Below, piece by piece: positions 63,199 to 64,000 of a stretch of 64,000 bases of DNA. Position 1 is the first letter of the stretch. Each line of letters opens with the position of its first letter. The notes beneath the pieces were generated by a model, which was not told the origin of the DNA, made no database searches, and saw only the letters and a program-made list of their open reading frames with translations. The position numbers were made by a program, and so were the translations under genes. This DNA is from Dehalococcoidia bacterium (GTDB lineage Bacteria; Chloroflexota; Dehalococcoidia; Bin125): positions 893,567-957,566 of the forward strand of contig CBDCDO010000001.1 of NCBI GenBank assembly GCA_965215375.1, read 5' to 3'.

Positions 63199-64000
<802 letters not shown>

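Overview
High-GC (about 65%) bacterial chromosomal window, most likely from an actinobacterial or Chloroflexi-like genome. That guess rests on the LLM-class (F420/flavin) oxidoreductases, the HadAB-like hot-dog pair, cdaA-cdaR, and TAnnnT-type -10 elements; it is not a firm taxonomic call.

The first ~21 kb is a housekeeping core, all on the minus strand: dnaX 5' fragment, ybeY, an 11-gene nuo cluster (nuoA-C-D-H-J-K-small ORF-L-M-N, lacking nuoB/I/E/F/G), then cdaA-cdaR-der-plsY-gpsA, argF and several small-enzyme genes.

The middle carries comEA-comEC, tRNA-Leu(TAA), an alcohol dehydrogenase, tRNA-Ser(TGA), serS, and a minus-strand operon that I consider the most interesting part of the window. 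Its order is VOC, RidA, LLM oxidoreductase, Rdx/SelW-like CxxC protein, a low-GC 568-aa secreted protein, a selenoprotein with an in-frame TGA and a U-G-S-C motif plus a SECIS-like hairpin, and a 352-aa unknown protein coupled to it by a GTGA overlap. Divergent from that operon is a MoaD/ThiS-like beta-grasp domain ending in Gly-Gly, fused in frame to a six-Asp-box BNR beta-propeller that has its own internal RBS and ATG.

Two inverted copies of a ~182-bp MITE-like element with terminal inverted repeats (21.6 kb and 41.4 kb) bracket this middle section, and several families of short palindromic REP-like repeats populate the intergenic regions.

The last ~18 kb looks accessory and has patches of lower GC. 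It holds a fused double CoA-transferase, an islet of paralogous small membrane proteins (one frameshifted), an acyl-CoA dehydrogenase-like gene and an aminotransferase. It also holds a cluster of secreted proteins: a Calx-beta protein, an acidic Met/Asp/Glu-rich anchored protein and a large Ig-like surface protein. It ends with an MFS transporter, a 2-TM protein, an ATP-grasp enzyme, copA, an IS5 (IS427-group) element and a truncated IS110 transposase.

No CRISPR arrays or rRNA genes were seen. Many long ORFs in the supplied track are GC-driven antisense artefacts and were ignored.
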